Source of the DNA: Octopus sinensis
Taxonomy: Eukaryota
NCBI RefSeq assembly: GCF_006345805.1
Contig: NC_043009.1
Coordinates: 8,122,001 to 8,186,000 of the forward strand
DNA: 64,000 nt
Reading direction: 5' to 3'
Shown here one piece after another: positions 25,618 to 38,724 of this stretch. Below the pieces are notes generated by a model. The model was given only the letters and a program-made list of their open reading frames with translations. It was not told where the DNA came from and did no database searches. Position numbers and translations under genes: made by a program. Each line of letters starts with the position of its first letter. Within the stretch, counting starts at the first letter, position 1.

Positions 25618-27817
25618 TATAATATGTTCATGGAAAAAGTGTAACAAGTTATGTTGAAAGTCATACTGTCGTTGTTCACAGTTTCGGGTCAGCCCTCCTA
25701 CAGCAGACCTGTGAACAAAACCATTCTAGCAGCCACTATTCTGTCTACAGATCTATCTATAACTACATTATCCAATATGTCTTTCATTGTCTTAAGACAG
25801 TAGGGTGTGATTTGATGAACATTTAGCTGCTGTTTCTAGCAGGCCTGGTGTGAAAATACTGTTGTTAAAAGGGTTGTGATAGTTGTAATAGTGGATGTGT
25901 TGGTTGCAATGAATACTCCGAGTTTATGAAATGTTTCTCTAATTGAGTACTTAAGTCAGGAAATAAACTGACTGGGTTTCGATTTATTTTATTTGTCTTT
26001 TGCCCATTTATTCTGTTCATTTTATTTTATGACATTTTTATTGAGTTTTCATTTATTGAAGCTTTACTAGTAAATAGACAGAAACCTTACTTGTCAGCTG
26101 AGATTAAATCTATTTCCTTTACATAACAAGACTGCATGACGAAGTCTTAAGTTTTTCTCTTCAAGGCTAGAAAATATTTCATTTCTCAACAACTGATAAC
26201 TCTTTTCAGTGCACAGATATTCACTACACTTTAGGTTTATCTTAATATTTGATAAAGAGAATATGCATCGTGCATTCACCCATTAATAAACCATTATCCA
26301 GGAAGAAGTATCTACTGCCTCATTTTCTAGTTCTTCTCTCACCATCATCATCATCCTCATTTAATGTCCGTTTTCCATGCTGGCATGGGTTGGATGGTTT
26401 GACAGGAGCTGGCCAGCCGAGGTGCTGTCCAGACTCCAATTGTCTGTTACGAGATGGTTTCTGCGGCTGGATGCGCTTCCTAATGCCATATCATCATCAT
26501 CATTTAAGTTGACTTTTCCATGCTTGCATGGCTCAGATGAAATTTGTTGAAATAGCATGGCCAGCATGGTCACAATCAAATGACTGAAACAAGTAAAAGA
26601 ATAAAAGAATATATATCTTTTATCTTAAGATAATATATATCATCATCATCATCATCGTTTAGTGTCCATTTTCCATGCTTGCATGGGTTGGACGGTTATA
26701 CTGGGGTCTGTGAAGCCAGAAGGCTTCATCAGGCCCAGTCAAATCTGGCAGTGTTTCTACGGCTGGATGCCCTTCCTAACGCCAACTATATATATATATC
26801 TTTTGCCCTTTGCTTGTTTCAGTCATTATGCTGTGGCCATACTAGGGCACTGCCTTAGTTGAATGTATTGACCTCATGTATTTAGTTGAATGTATTGACC
26901 CCATGCCGTTAGGAATCAAGCGTCTTACCACACAGCCACAGTTGTCTAAATTTTACTCATGAATTTTGGGTTGAGCAAATTTCTTCCATCAAAAGCTTTG
27001 TTTTTGATAGAAGACAACTTGCTTAATAAACTGTGCAGTGATATCAAGCCTAGAAGTGCGTGATTGTGAACTGAACTGAAGTGAGCTTTTTCAACATGGC
27101 CATATCTGCAACAAAGAAAGAAACGAGAAATTGTATTAAAGAAATTGAAATAAAACACAAAAACAAAACAAAACCAAAACTTACATCATGATAACGATAG
27201 TTTTGTAATATATTATTCTGAGGCTAAGCATTCATATCATATGACATCAACTAGATATATAAATAATCCCATTCTTTATACTGTACTAAAACTAGTGGTG
27301 AGGCCTTACAAACATGACCAACTAAAGACTCTAATCAAGAAATCATTTTCACTTAATCTTATAATCCATTTTGGTTCCACTATCAATATGCTGGAAAAGA
27401 TGTTAGTTTTATAGTTATCAGCTACAGCAGAAGCTAAAGTGAGTTTCAATGATAATTATAATTACAATGATCTCAGCTATATTTCCGTTGCCAGTGTTAC
27501 ATTATAATTTACATACAGATGTATACATACGCATGCTTGTTTAAATAGTTGCTTATGGTTGTTCATTGCTTTTGATTATGGTTTTACACACACACACACA
27601 CACCAGCTTCCAGAGATTGAGCCTCTACAGAAGTCACTCAGCATGCTAGAAATGGCAACCAAATCTCTTTCATTGACATTCTACCATCTTCAAAAACTGT
27701 AATAGTATATTGGATAATGTTGTAGATACACAATCCCTGGAAAACAAGATGTGATGGTCGTAGATGGAATATCTCTGATTATAGGTTCGCTCATTCAGGA
27801 AATGACCTTTGGATTGA

Positions 27818-28147
27818 GACCTCCTTCGGTCATGATTGACCATGGGATTACACTTAGAAAGTTACCCTCCCAGGCACAAGTCCAGGCAAGGTTGTTTATG
27901 GAAGACTAACAGTCACCCATGCATACCTGCCTCCCCTCTCTATGCCACCAATGTTATCCAAGGGAAAGGGAAAGGCCGATACAGCTTGGCACCTGTGATG
28001 TTGCAACTCATTTTTGCCAGCTGAGTGAACTGGAACAATGTGAAATAAAGTGTCTTGTTCAAGAACACAACATGCAGCCCGGTCCAGGATTTGAACTCAC
28101 AACCTCACGATTGTAAGCTCAACGCTCTAACCACTGAGCCATGCACC
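27818..28147 (-). mobile_element. tRNA-derived SINE, family C (inserted in an (AAC)-tailed repeat)
   Basis: Minus-strand head GGTGCATGGCTCAGTGGTTAGAGCGTTGAGC...GAGTTCAAATCC. The host repeat resumes with GGATTAAACAACAA at ~28155. Confidence 0.85.
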
Positions 28148-28189
28148 TTCTCTTGGATTAAACAACAAAATGATACTGGATGCTGAGAT

Positions 28190-28396
28190 AGTGAGCTGGC
28201 AAAATCATCAGCACATCAAACAAAATGCTGCTAAACATTTTGTTTGTTTTTATGTTCTGAGTTCAAATTCTGCCGAGGTTGACTTTGCTTTTCATCCTTT
28301 CAGGGTCGATGAAATAAGTACCAGTCAAGTTCTAGGGTTGACATAATTGACTAGCCCCCTCTTACAAAACTTCAGGCCTTGTACCTATAGTAGAAT
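28190..28396 (+). mobile_element. SINE family B (Deu/Nin-like central domain)
   Basis: GAGCTGGCA..ATC..AGCAC head, TTCTGAGTTCAAATTC B box, and GCTTTTCATCCTTTCAGGGTCGATGAAATAAGTACCAG resembling the Deu/Nin SINE domain. Other copies at 29506-29722(+), 37388-37552(-), 53935-54125(-), 57210-58290(+). Confidence 0.8.
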
Positions 28397-28639
28397 AGAA
28401 CAGAATAATACTGGATACGGCTTCTCTAAGATGTCTGAGAAAATTCTGCAATATTAGAATTAGAATGGTCAAGGAAAGATATAAAATAGCAGCAAGTTAG
28501 CTAACTTTGCTTATGAAGTGGTATTATTTGTTGGGATGGTCACATAATCTGTATAGATGGGGAAGTCCAGCCTGAGAATGTTACTTTATAATCAGTTGCT
28601 ACTAAGAGGAAAAATATCGTTTGTGATACTCTTTCTTCA

Positions 28640-29050
28640 CTACAAGGATACAATCAAGAAAGATGTAGGGTGCAAGAGAAACAATTGCACCTCACAGTGG
28701 GAGGCAGCCACTTGGCTTTGGGAGTTGACTGGGATCCTGTTTGGCTCCCACTCCTGCATCTGGTTCACATGGCTCCATGTATGCTGCAGTGTATGGCAGT
28801 AGCTACACCCTGGTTTCTAATTTTGACTCACCAACTAAACTATGTTAGTGAAATCAAGAGCTATACTCGAAGGTGCGAATGCCTAACCCTAAGTGCAGAA
28901 AGCCTGGAACAGTGAGGAGTGCAGGAGAACCAGACTGGTCAATGAACTTAAAAGCATGATAGTGGGGTGTGTGACATGTTATAAAACAAGATACAGAAGG
29001 CACATCAGCCAGTCATCATGAAAAGGATTGGGACCCCATCACATATTATT
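28640..29050 (+). mobile_element. Probable decayed LINE 5' region (APE endonuclease start)
   Basis: CLTLSAESL followed, in a shifted frame, by RLVNELKSMIVGCVTCYKTRYRR. This resembles the TxNVRTL...ELxxxxVDIxxLQETRW N-terminus of RTE endonucleases. Confidence 0.4.
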
Positions 29051-29829
29051 TCAAGGAAATACCAATGATAACCCAAGTAGATATAACCTGTAATGGAACT
29101 AGAGAGTCTTGGGGAACCAACTCTTGGACCCACAGAGGACACCTGGTTGATAGTTAATTTTCAAGAACATCGTCTGGTGATGGAATATGAACATCATAAC
29201 ATAGAAAAGCAAACCACTCTAACATCTGGAGATAAACTAACAAAAAAACTTCACTGCTCTAAGTAGTGTCTCAAAGAGACACTAACCTGGAGTAGTGATT
29301 TAGTTTCTATGTAGCCACCCCAAAACGGTATAAAGACCAGGCCAAAATGTAAGGTTTGGAAATATGCTACAATTTTCTCAGAGTCTAAATGGAGAATTTT
29401 ATCAGTTGATAGATGCTCATAAGAAGAGTTAGTATACAACGAAAAAAGAGTTATCCTCAAAATGAGGACTATACAGTTACTACTTGTCAATATATGTAAA
29501 CTTAAGGCAGCAAGCTGGTAGAATCATTAGCACACCAGACAAAATGCTTAGTGGCATTTCGTCCATCCTTATGTCCTGAGTCGAAATTCTGCCAAGGTCA
29601 ACTTTGCCTTTCATCCTTTCAGGGTTGATAAAATAAATACCAGTTGAGTACTGGGGTTAATGTAATCGACTTAACCCCTCTCCTGAACTTACTGGCCTTA
29701 TGCCAAAATTTGAAACCACTATAATTTGGAGACTTCTTTGTAAATCTGAAATAGGCTTCAGACACAAAACACCGGGCATGACCACATGCAGGGACGTTGC
29801 CACACAAATGGACTGAACCCTAAACCATG

Positions 29830-30039
29830 TACAAGGGGCTGCTGAAAAGTTCCTGGTTTTAGGTAAAAGAAAATACAGGAAGATCACATATTCAGCATAT
29901 TCCCCTTTCAGATTCACACACTTATTGCAGTGATCCTTCAGGTTTTCTAAACCCTGTAAAAGAACTTGGAAGGTTGGGCCTCCAACCAGGCCTTTCACGA
30001 AAACCCTTAAAGCCAGGAACTTTTCAGCATCTTCTTGTA
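29830..30039 (-). mobile_element. Mariner-derived MITE inserted at a TA inside a family A SINE head
   Basis: TACAAGGGGCTGCTGAAAAGTTCCTGG...CCAGGAACTTTTCAGCATCTTCTTGTA. Minus strand encodes QGLENLKDHCNKCVNLKGEYAE (mariner C-terminus). SINE sequence GGACTGAACCCTAAACCATG|TA|ATTGGAAAGCAAAC flanks it. Confidence 0.88.
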
Positions 30040-31705
30040 ATTGGAAAGCAAACTTCTTTACTGCACAGCCATGCCTATGCCTCACACACACATATACACA
30101 CACACACACATATATTAGAATATATCAGCAATTAACACACACACACACAATAGAATATATCGGCAATTAACACACAGACACACACACATATATATATATA
30201 TAGAGAGAGAGACTTTCCAGCGCTAGACAACACAAGCAGAAAATAAAAACGAGATAAGCAGTATTTTATGGTTTCTTTAGAAATATCCAAATTTTATGTC
30301 TGTGAATTAGAAAAAGAGTCCTCTATCTTCTAATTTATTTCTCTGTCATTATTGATATATATATATATATATATATCGTTTGGTAATTATTGTGTCTATG
30401 ATTAGAGCATATAACTTGATGATTACTGCATCAGTGATTATAATAGATATATAGTTTAATCATAAATGTATCATTGATTAGAATATATAGTCTGTGTATT
30501 AGTGATTAGAATATCATGGAACATCTTAATGTGTAGTATTTTCATTTTGTTTTTTTTTTCTTTTTATGATTTTGATGAATTAGCCAGGGAAGAAAGAGTA
30601 GAGCTCCTGAGATCTATGTGGATCATCTTCAGCCTATAAACATGGATCAAATACTTGCAAAAACTGGACTCCACTAAAGGAATCCAAATTTCAGGTGTTG
30701 GTGTTAAACCAGGAAGGAATTACATCCGTGTTTTGTGGACTGCTACCACAACAGCTCCTTTATAGGATCCAGTTAGCTCAAGACATCATCAGGAGGAACC
30801 ACGTCCGGTTTTGGCCCCTACTCCTCTATCATTTTGACGTGCCCCCCCCTTTGGAGGTGTCTTCAGCTCTGGTGTTGGATGCATGTCTTCTTTCTTCTGT
30901 TCCCTGCTTCTTCGATGTATCGTCAGTGAGTGTCAGCCGGTGACTGACTGACTTGTCAAATTTTTCCCTTTAAATACCTGCCACTAGGCTCCAGCAGGCA
31001 GCCCCAGCAAGTTGTCACGTGACACTGTCTCACCTTAACTGATCGAAGTTTATCGTCCAAGAATAGGAAACAATTCCTACCTATTTGTATTTCACTCACG
31101 TTTTGGTCAGTCTTACACTATTAGCAGAAAACACTTGCTCAAGGTGCCATGTGATGCAATTGAACCTAAACCCACATAATTAAGAAGCAAGCTTCTTGAC
31201 GACATGTCCACGCTTGAGCCATCCGAGTCTTCGGTGGACTTGTCATCACATCTTTATCAGCACAAGCAGATCAGAGTTCAGCAACTACCACCTGTCATTC
31301 ACATTAATTTCCTTATTTTGTATTGTGATGTTATTTGTTGATTTCACTTAGTTTTTCTATTCATTGATTTGATAATTCAGTTTCTCTGCTGTCATTTGCA
31401 TTCTGCATACATCAATGATATTTTTACCACTTAGGAATAGAAGAATATGTTTTTCTGAACACATGTTTGACATCCCACCCAAAATTTACGAGATATTATT
31501 TACATATATATGTGTATGAGAGAGATTTCACAAATATGTCTGAAGATGAGTCCTAAGAAAAGTCAAGATGAGAGGCAAAAAAAAAAGAAAACACAAATCC
31601 TAACAGAAACCAATGAACAGGAGTACAAAGTCAAGGCATGATGCTTTGAAGGGATGAAGATGTTGACATTTGTCCTCTGTCAAGATAGAAGAAAAAAGAA
31701 GAGGG

Positions 31706-31927
31706 AATCAGGGGTGGCTGTGTGGTAAGAAGCTTGCTTCCCAACCCCATGGTTCTGGGTTTAGTATCATTGTATGGCACCTTAGGCAAGTGTCTTCTAC
31801 AATAGCCTTGAGCTGCCCAAAGCCTTGTGAGTAGATTTGGTAGATGGAAACTGAAAGAAGCCTGTCATATATATATATATATATATATCTTTTATCTTTT
31901 ACTTGTTTCAGTCATTAGACTGCGGCC

Positions 31928-31958
<31 letters not shown>

Positions 31959-32200
31959 ATATATATATATATATATATAAGTGTGTGTGTCTGTGTTTGT
32001 CCCCTAACACCACTTGACAACTGGTGTTGGCATGCTTATGCCCCTGTAATTTTGGCAAAAGAAGAGACTGATAGAATAAGTACCAGGCTTTAAATGTATT
32101 TCTAAAATATTTACTTGGGTCAATTCATTTGACTTAAAATTCTTCAAGGTGGTGCCCCAGCATGGCTGCTGTCTAATGACTGGAACAAGTACAAGAATAA
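31706..32200 (+). mobile_element. tRNA-derived SINE, family A (fused to a family D element downstream)
   Basis: Head GTGGCTGTGTGGTAAGAAGCTTGC through tail GACTGGAACAAGTACAAGAATAA. Confidence 0.85.
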
Positions 32201-32530
32201 GCATGATCGTTACCAGCGTCGCCTTACTGGCACTTGTACCAGTGACACGTAAAAAAAAAAACATGATTTTTTCGTGGTCGTTGCCAGTACTGCCTGACTG
32301 GCCCTTGTGCCGGTGGCATGTACAAGCACCCACTACACTAAAATTTGGATTCCTTTAGTGGAGTCCAGTGGTTGGCTTTAGGAAGGGCATCCAGCTGTAG
32401 AAACTCTGCCAGATCAAGATTGGAGCCTGGTGCAGCCATCTGGTTTGCCAGTCCTCAATCAAAACGTCTAACCCATGCTAGCATGGAAAGCGAATGTTAA
32501 ACGATGAGATATATATATATATATATATTT

Positions 32531-33290
32531 TTCAATTAGTCAATTAGGGTAGCAAAAAATTCAATAGAAATTTATGCAACCAGCGGCCTGGTGAAAAAGA
32601 GAAAATAGTCATCGACTAAATATATAAATATAACGATTTAGGAGTGACCCTAACAGGTCACTCGTCCACCAGAAAGAGCAGCCATAATCACCGCCAAGTA
32701 TTATTAATTCAGAATTAGGAGAAAATTTAAAACATTTACCCTAATTCATCTTTTAGACGTTGCAACGTTTCTGTGTCATTAATGATTAAATTAGCTTAAT
32801 TAATTAAATTAAGCCAATCTACCATAGGTTACACTTCATCATAAAGACCTGGGAGAGCCATATACACGAGGCGTCTGTATCGAAGCCTACGGGATATCTG
32901 ACTTAAAATTTTCAAGACTGACGTATTCGCGCCAAACTTACCAACAGTAAATAATACTGCCGATCAATCTCAGAATTATTCAGAAAATTATCAATTAGTC
33001 AATTTAGGGTAGCAAAAAAAATCAATAGAAATTTATCGCAACCAGCGGCTGTATATTTGTCTCTCCAGGTCTTTACTGATGAAGTGTAACCTATGGTAGA
33101 TTGGCTTAATTTAATTTAATAAGCTAATTTAATCATTAATGACACAGAAACGTTGCAACGTCTAAAAGATGAATTAGGGTAAATGTTTTTAAATTTTCTC
33201 CTAATTTCTGAATTAATAATACTTGGCGGTGTGAGTTATGGCTGCTCTTTCTGGTGGACGAGTGACCTGTTAGGGTCACTCCTAAATCGT

Positions 33291-33295
<5 letters not shown>
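32531..33295. mobile_element. Penelope-pLTR-like composite: ~240-bp inverted repeat plus ~56-bp direct repeat, carrying a hammerhead motif
   Basis: 32629-32867 is the reverse complement of 33050-33295. TCAATTAGTCAATTAGGGTAGC...ACCAGCGGC occurs at 32531 and again at ~32990. Both ends flanked by (TA)n. Confidence 0.75.
33070..33169 (+). ncRNA. Type I hammerhead ribozyme motif with palindromic stem III
   Basis: TCTTTA-CTGATGA-AGTGT...ACACA-GAAA-CGTTGCAACG-TC-TAAAAGA. ACGTTGCAACGT is a perfect palindrome, with a GUC triplet (cut after 33162). The first stem II pair is an A-A mismatch. The mirror copy at 32749-32846(-) lacks the C of CTGATGA. Confidence 0.65.
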
Positions 33296-33322
<27 letters not shown>

Positions 33323-33324
33323 TG

Positions 33325-34187
33325 CAAGGTGCAATGGGTAAATTATGCCATTTTATATTTTTAATTTCGCATATGTGCCTTGTTTGTTTATGATTTTGTT
33401 GACTACACAGTATAGTAGAGTCATTTGGGCACTGTCTATTGTCTGTAAGTAAAACAGCACCATGATGCAATTCACTCTGCCAGAAATTTGGAAATGACAT
33501 GCTGTACTGCTTGGCATTTGTGCCAGAAGCTCCAATATGAACAGATGATGAACACACAGAACAACTGTTGGCTTGTTGTGTCCCCAAAACATGTACCGAG
33601 AGTCAAACATCCAGTCAACATCATGGTGTTTGGAGTGATCACTAGTGATGGTGATGTTATTCTTCCATTCATCTTCCCACACAGCCTCAACTCAACACAG
33701 AGGCCTACATCAAGTGCCTGGAGGAGGCAGTGTTGCCCTGGATCAAGAGGGTGGGCATTGGAAGACCCTCTGTCTGGCAAAAGGACTCTGCATCATGCCA
33801 CACAAGCAGGAGAATCCAAATATGGCCGTCAGACAATTTCTGCAACCACATCACCCCTAATACCTAGCCACCTAACTCCCTAGACTACAACTCCCTTGAT
33901 TATTATGTGGGGCGCAGTTGAGCAAGAGACCAACAAAACTCCTTGTAACACCAAAAATGAACTGAAGGTCAGGATTATGGCAGCATTCACCAACTTGAAC
34001 AAGGAGACCATCTGGAAGAGTTGCAGATTCTGAAGTCGTCTGGAGGGTGTGGTTGAAGCTAATGATGATTTTATTGAATAAATTTACTCTTTAGTATTTC
34101 TAGATAGTTTTATGTAATTTAGGTAAATATATCTCTTCAAATGAGATATCAGTGTTATTTTCATTTTTGTGTCTTCACTGCACCCTT
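33325..34187 (+). mobile_element. DD37D (maT-type) Tc1/mariner transposon, internally deleted and decayed
   Basis: Ends CAAGGTGCAATGGG / CACTGCACCCT. Peptides are KHPVNIMVFGVITSDGDVILPFIF, EAYIKCLEEAVLPWIKRV and VWQKDSASCH...*PPNSLDYNSLDYY, with exactly 37 residues between the two aspartates, then EANDDFIE*. Confidence 0.9.
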
Positions 34188-34236
<49 letters not shown>

Positions 34237-35694
34237 TTACACACACATACATACACACCATCATTTAATGCCCAATTTTCCATGCTTGCATAAATCAGAT
34301 GAAGTTTATTTGAGGTAGATTTTCTACTGTCAAAATGCTCTTTTTGTAACCAACCTTCATCTGTTTCTGAGCAAGGTAATATTTCTCCATGGCCAGACAT
34401 GTTTTTCTGAATATTGGAAATGAATGACACTGCTTATATGACTGTGACACTCATTTACATCTATTATGCTGTGTCAACGCAAAGCCACACACACAAAAGA
34501 TGGGGCTGGTTAGTTTCCATCTACCAAATCCGCTCACAAGGCTTTGATGGCACTTGCCCAGGTGCCATGTAGTGGGACTGGATCTGACCTGGAACCATAT
34601 GATTGATAAGCAAACTTCTTACCACAAAGTCATTCCTGTACATGCGTGTGTGTGTATTATCATTATTTAACATCCTTCTTTCATGGTGTGAGTTTTATGC
34701 TATTTGACAAGAGGTAGCAAGTCAGAAGACTGCACCAAGCTCTTCTATTAGCTTTGCTATGGTTTCTATGGCTGGCCGGCCTCCTTAATGTCAACCACTT
34801 TACAGAGTGTACTAAGTGATTTTTATGTGGCACCAGTGAATAGCAGTGAGGTCACAAGGTCACTTGCAAGACGAGACTTGTCAACTGAGTGGAGAGTGGC
34901 ATTGAGGGAGGTGGCACTGTGCCAGGTGATGAGAGGGGAGAGTATGAATATAGGGACTGAAATAAGCATCTTGCTGTTAAGGAGTTACGTGGCAATCTCA
35001 GTTTTATTTTTTCTTAATTTATGGTTTATTTAGAAAGAAGGAAATGTGCTTATAACTTCACAGTCTCTGGCACTTTACGTTCAGTTTGAACATTTGTAGT
35101 AAGAAGAAAATGTGAATGGTGATGGAATTCCAGAGAAGTAATGTTACGAAGAAGAAGGATTTGGAAAAATGGGGAGAACTAAGACACAGTAGGGTGTTGA
35201 TGATAGTAGGTGAGTTGGGTGGACTTGATAAAGCCTGAGCAGAAATTGTATATGACTACCTAGTTCAGAAAAGTAGAGACTGTAGGATGTGGCAGAACCT
35301 GTAGCTCTTCAAGTTATTGACTATGAACAAAGTAACAGTAATTAAAACCAGTTTGGAGATTCAGCTCTCCAGGAGCTTTCTGCTATTCCATCTATCTGAC
35401 ACACACACACACAGACACACACACATATATTATAAACACAGATAGCTATATTCTGGAAGTAATTATGAGTTCAGGCAAGATTTTTTTCTAATATTTTTTT
35501 CTAATATTTTCTTCTTTTTTTCCTCTACTTGAACTCAATAATTCTAAGTGAGCAATATAAAAGTAGTGTTTTCTCCCCAAAATATTAAAGGCATGTCTGT
35601 GGTTAAGAAAAGTTCACCATGCAACTTTTGGGCCTCAGATTTGATTCCCACTGTGTGGTAGCTTATTATTATTATCATTATTATTATCACTATT

Positions 35695-36084
35695 AGTTTC
35701 AGTCATTTGACTGTGGCCATGCTGGAGTACCACCTTTATTTGAGCAAATCGACCCCAGGGTTTATACTTTGTAAGCCTAGTACTTATTCTATCGGTGTCT
35801 TTTGCCTAACTGCTAAATTACGGGTATGTAAACACACCAGCATTGGTTGTCAAGCAATGTTGGGAGGACAAACACAGACACGCATTCATTCATTCGTTTA
35901 TACATATGTATGTACATACGTACGTCGGGCTTTTTTCAGTTTCCGTTTATCAAATCCACTCATAAGGCTTTGGTCGGCCTGAGTCTATAGTAGAAGAGGC
36001 ACTTGTCCAAGGTGCCACGCAGTGGGTCTGAACCTGGAATCGTGGTTGGTAAGCAAGCTACTTACCACACAGCCACTCTTGCGC
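35695..36084 (-). mobile_element. tRNA-derived SINE, family A
   Basis: Colinear with other family A copies. Confidence 0.88.
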
Positions 36085-38001
36085 CTTGAGCAAAAGTCTT
36101 CTATCCCAGCCAACCTAAGCCATGTTAGTGAAATTTTGTAGATGGGAACTGTTTGAAAACCTGCTCTTGGATGATTGATCTAACCCATCAGTTGGGTTAG
36201 CACCACACCATCACTTCATTCTAGTGTAGTTCCTGCGATATCTAGCATTTGAGCCAAGACTCAGGTCTGGGTATAGCTTCTTTGATTCATTTCACTAGTC
36301 ATGGAGACACTGAAAAGAGTCATGTCTTTTGCATTTTTCTCTTCTAACTAATCCACAGGAAAGATATTTTTTAAAAAACCACATTAGTAGGGAAGGATCA
36401 AACTTGTAAGGATGGACCAATTCAGCCTAGTATATATTTGGTAATTATTTTACCACCCTAGAGAAAATTAAAGTCAACCCCAGTGAGATTTAAAATCAGT
36501 GTATATCAGGAATAATACTGAAAGATATTTTGCGTTGTCTTATTTTCCACTGCAATTACATTTACATCTAGGATGCTTTATACAAATATGAAATTGACCC
36601 TGGCTCTTGATTGGGAGGATGAAAGGCAAAGTTAATCAAAGCAGAATTTGAACTTGGTATGCAAAAGGCTGTGGAGACACATGGCTTTGTGGTTTTGTGT
36701 TGCACTGATGGTTGTAAGATTCTGGTTTCAATTCCTGGACGGAATGATGCATAGTGTTTTTTTACCAAAACACTTCATTTCATTTTGCTCAGTCTGCTCA
36801 GCTGTCAAAATTGAGTTATCTTGTGGTGGACTGACATACCAACAAGGGGGGTGAATATATATGCCACAGAATCTAGAAAACCAACCTTATTAACCTATGG
36901 TTCAGTAAGGTCTTCTGATCTCTCTCTCTCTTTTTTTTTATGTAAAAGGCCATAATTAAATACAAAGCATTTTATCCAATACTACAAAGATTCTGCTTAA
37001 CTCTCACCATTAATCTGCAGTCACCAGTTTGTGCTACTTCTCTCCTTTTGGTACTGTTGAAGTTATTGCCTTTTTGCCTTTGGTTAGTCTTGATAAAATT
37101 GACCTATGATCAAAGGTATTCCAACCATGGCCATCCTGTTTTGTTTTTTTTCTTCTTCGTTTTGGTGGATGGTGACAGGGATTCAAGAAATGGATTCAAT
37201 TTTTATAAGACACTAAACAGAGTGAAACCTGAGGGATATTTGGCTGCTGTTTGTCTCCTACCAACTTGTAAACATCACCAGCTTAATGCACCTTCTGTTT
37301 TTGACTTTATTTTTGTTATACTTTATGCTTGGGTTTTTGTATTGTATTGACAATTTCAATAACAGTACTGTCAACAATATTCAAAATATTGGTTTCAAAT
37401 TTTGGCACAAGGCCAGCAACTTTGGGGGAGGGGTAAGTTGATTGCATCAACCCCAGTACTCAGCTGATATTTATTTTATTGACCCCGAAAGGAAGAAAGG
37501 TAAAGTCGATAAGCATTTTGCGCGACATGCTAACGATTCTGCCAGCTTGACACCTTCATCAGTATCGAAAATATTGAACATGCAAGTGATCCTCTCAATT
37601 TCAACACCTAGCATAAAGCTCCAACATTTTCAACTTTATTCCCACTGTCAAAAGAGGTCCCTTAGTCTTGCAAGTTACATGGCAAACTCACTTAGATCTG
37701 ATGCAAAGGGAAAAAAAAAAAGAAAAATTAAAAACTCCTGCACCCAGAACATACTGTAGGGTGGTTGGCATTAGGAATGGCACTAGACTGTAGAAACAAT
37801 GCCAAAACTAACATTTGAAGTATGATGTCATCCCGTGACTTGTTGGAACCCATGCTGGTATGCAAGAGGTACATTACATAATGATATTTTAAGCAAAGTG
37901 ACCAGGCCAGGGGCTTCACCCAGTTCCATTGTCTATTTTTGCTTGGCTTCTACTGCTAGATGTCTTTCCCAATGCCAGATACTTTACAGTGTGTATTGGG
38001 T

Positions 38002-38274
38002 ACTTTTTAAATGTCACCAGCACCACTGATTTTTATATGGCACCAGCATCACTGCCTTTTATGTGGCACCATCACCACTGCTTTTTACATGGCACCATCA
38101 TTCACTGCTTTTGATGTGACACCATCACCAGTACCTTTCACATGGAACCAGCACCAGCGCTTTTTATACATGGCACCAACACCCGTGCTTTTTATGTGGC
38201 ATCATCACCAATGCTTTTTACATGGCACTATCACCAGTACTTTTTATGTGGCACCAGCACTTTTAACATGGTAC
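38002..38274. repeat. ~26-bp degenerate tandem array (~10 copies) derived from a family D internal motif
   Basis: Consensus approximately TTTTTAYRTGGCACCAKCACCAVTGC. Lies immediately after the family D segment ACTTTACAGTGTGTATTGGGTAC. Confidence 0.85.
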
Positions 38275-38681
38275 TGTGACTTTAGGAGGACAGGTCTTCT
38301 TGCTATCAGGAATAATGAAATAACAATAAAAAGTTTATTATTATCTTATTTTGATATCTTGGTCATAAAAAATACCTTATATTAAAGAGTTTGTATAGAT
38401 GTTTTGCAAAGAAGTTATTCTGATACATGTCTCAGAGGACAGTAACTCCAAACATGAATTGAGTAGTTGTGGTTGGTGGACTGAGCAAATTGGAACTACT
38501 TGCATTTCCAGTGGCAGGATATGAACTGGCATCCACTTAAAAGTGGTAATTTGATACACTATCAACTGTAAAACTGATATCTTAGCTAGCTGCAACTCAG
38601 GAAAATGGGATGTAAACTGAAATAATGTATGTATGTGTGTGTGTGTATGTATATACATACATATATACATACATATATATA

Positions 38682-38724
<43 letters not shown>

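Noticed and set aside
30665-30691. Possible tRNA primer-binding site (TGGACTCCAC...)
   Set aside because: It is not preceded by an LTR ending in CA, there is no downstream gag, and the tRNA match could not be established.
31536-31570. CTGAAGA...GAAAAGTC string
   Set aside because: Stems I and II are too weak; consistent with chance.
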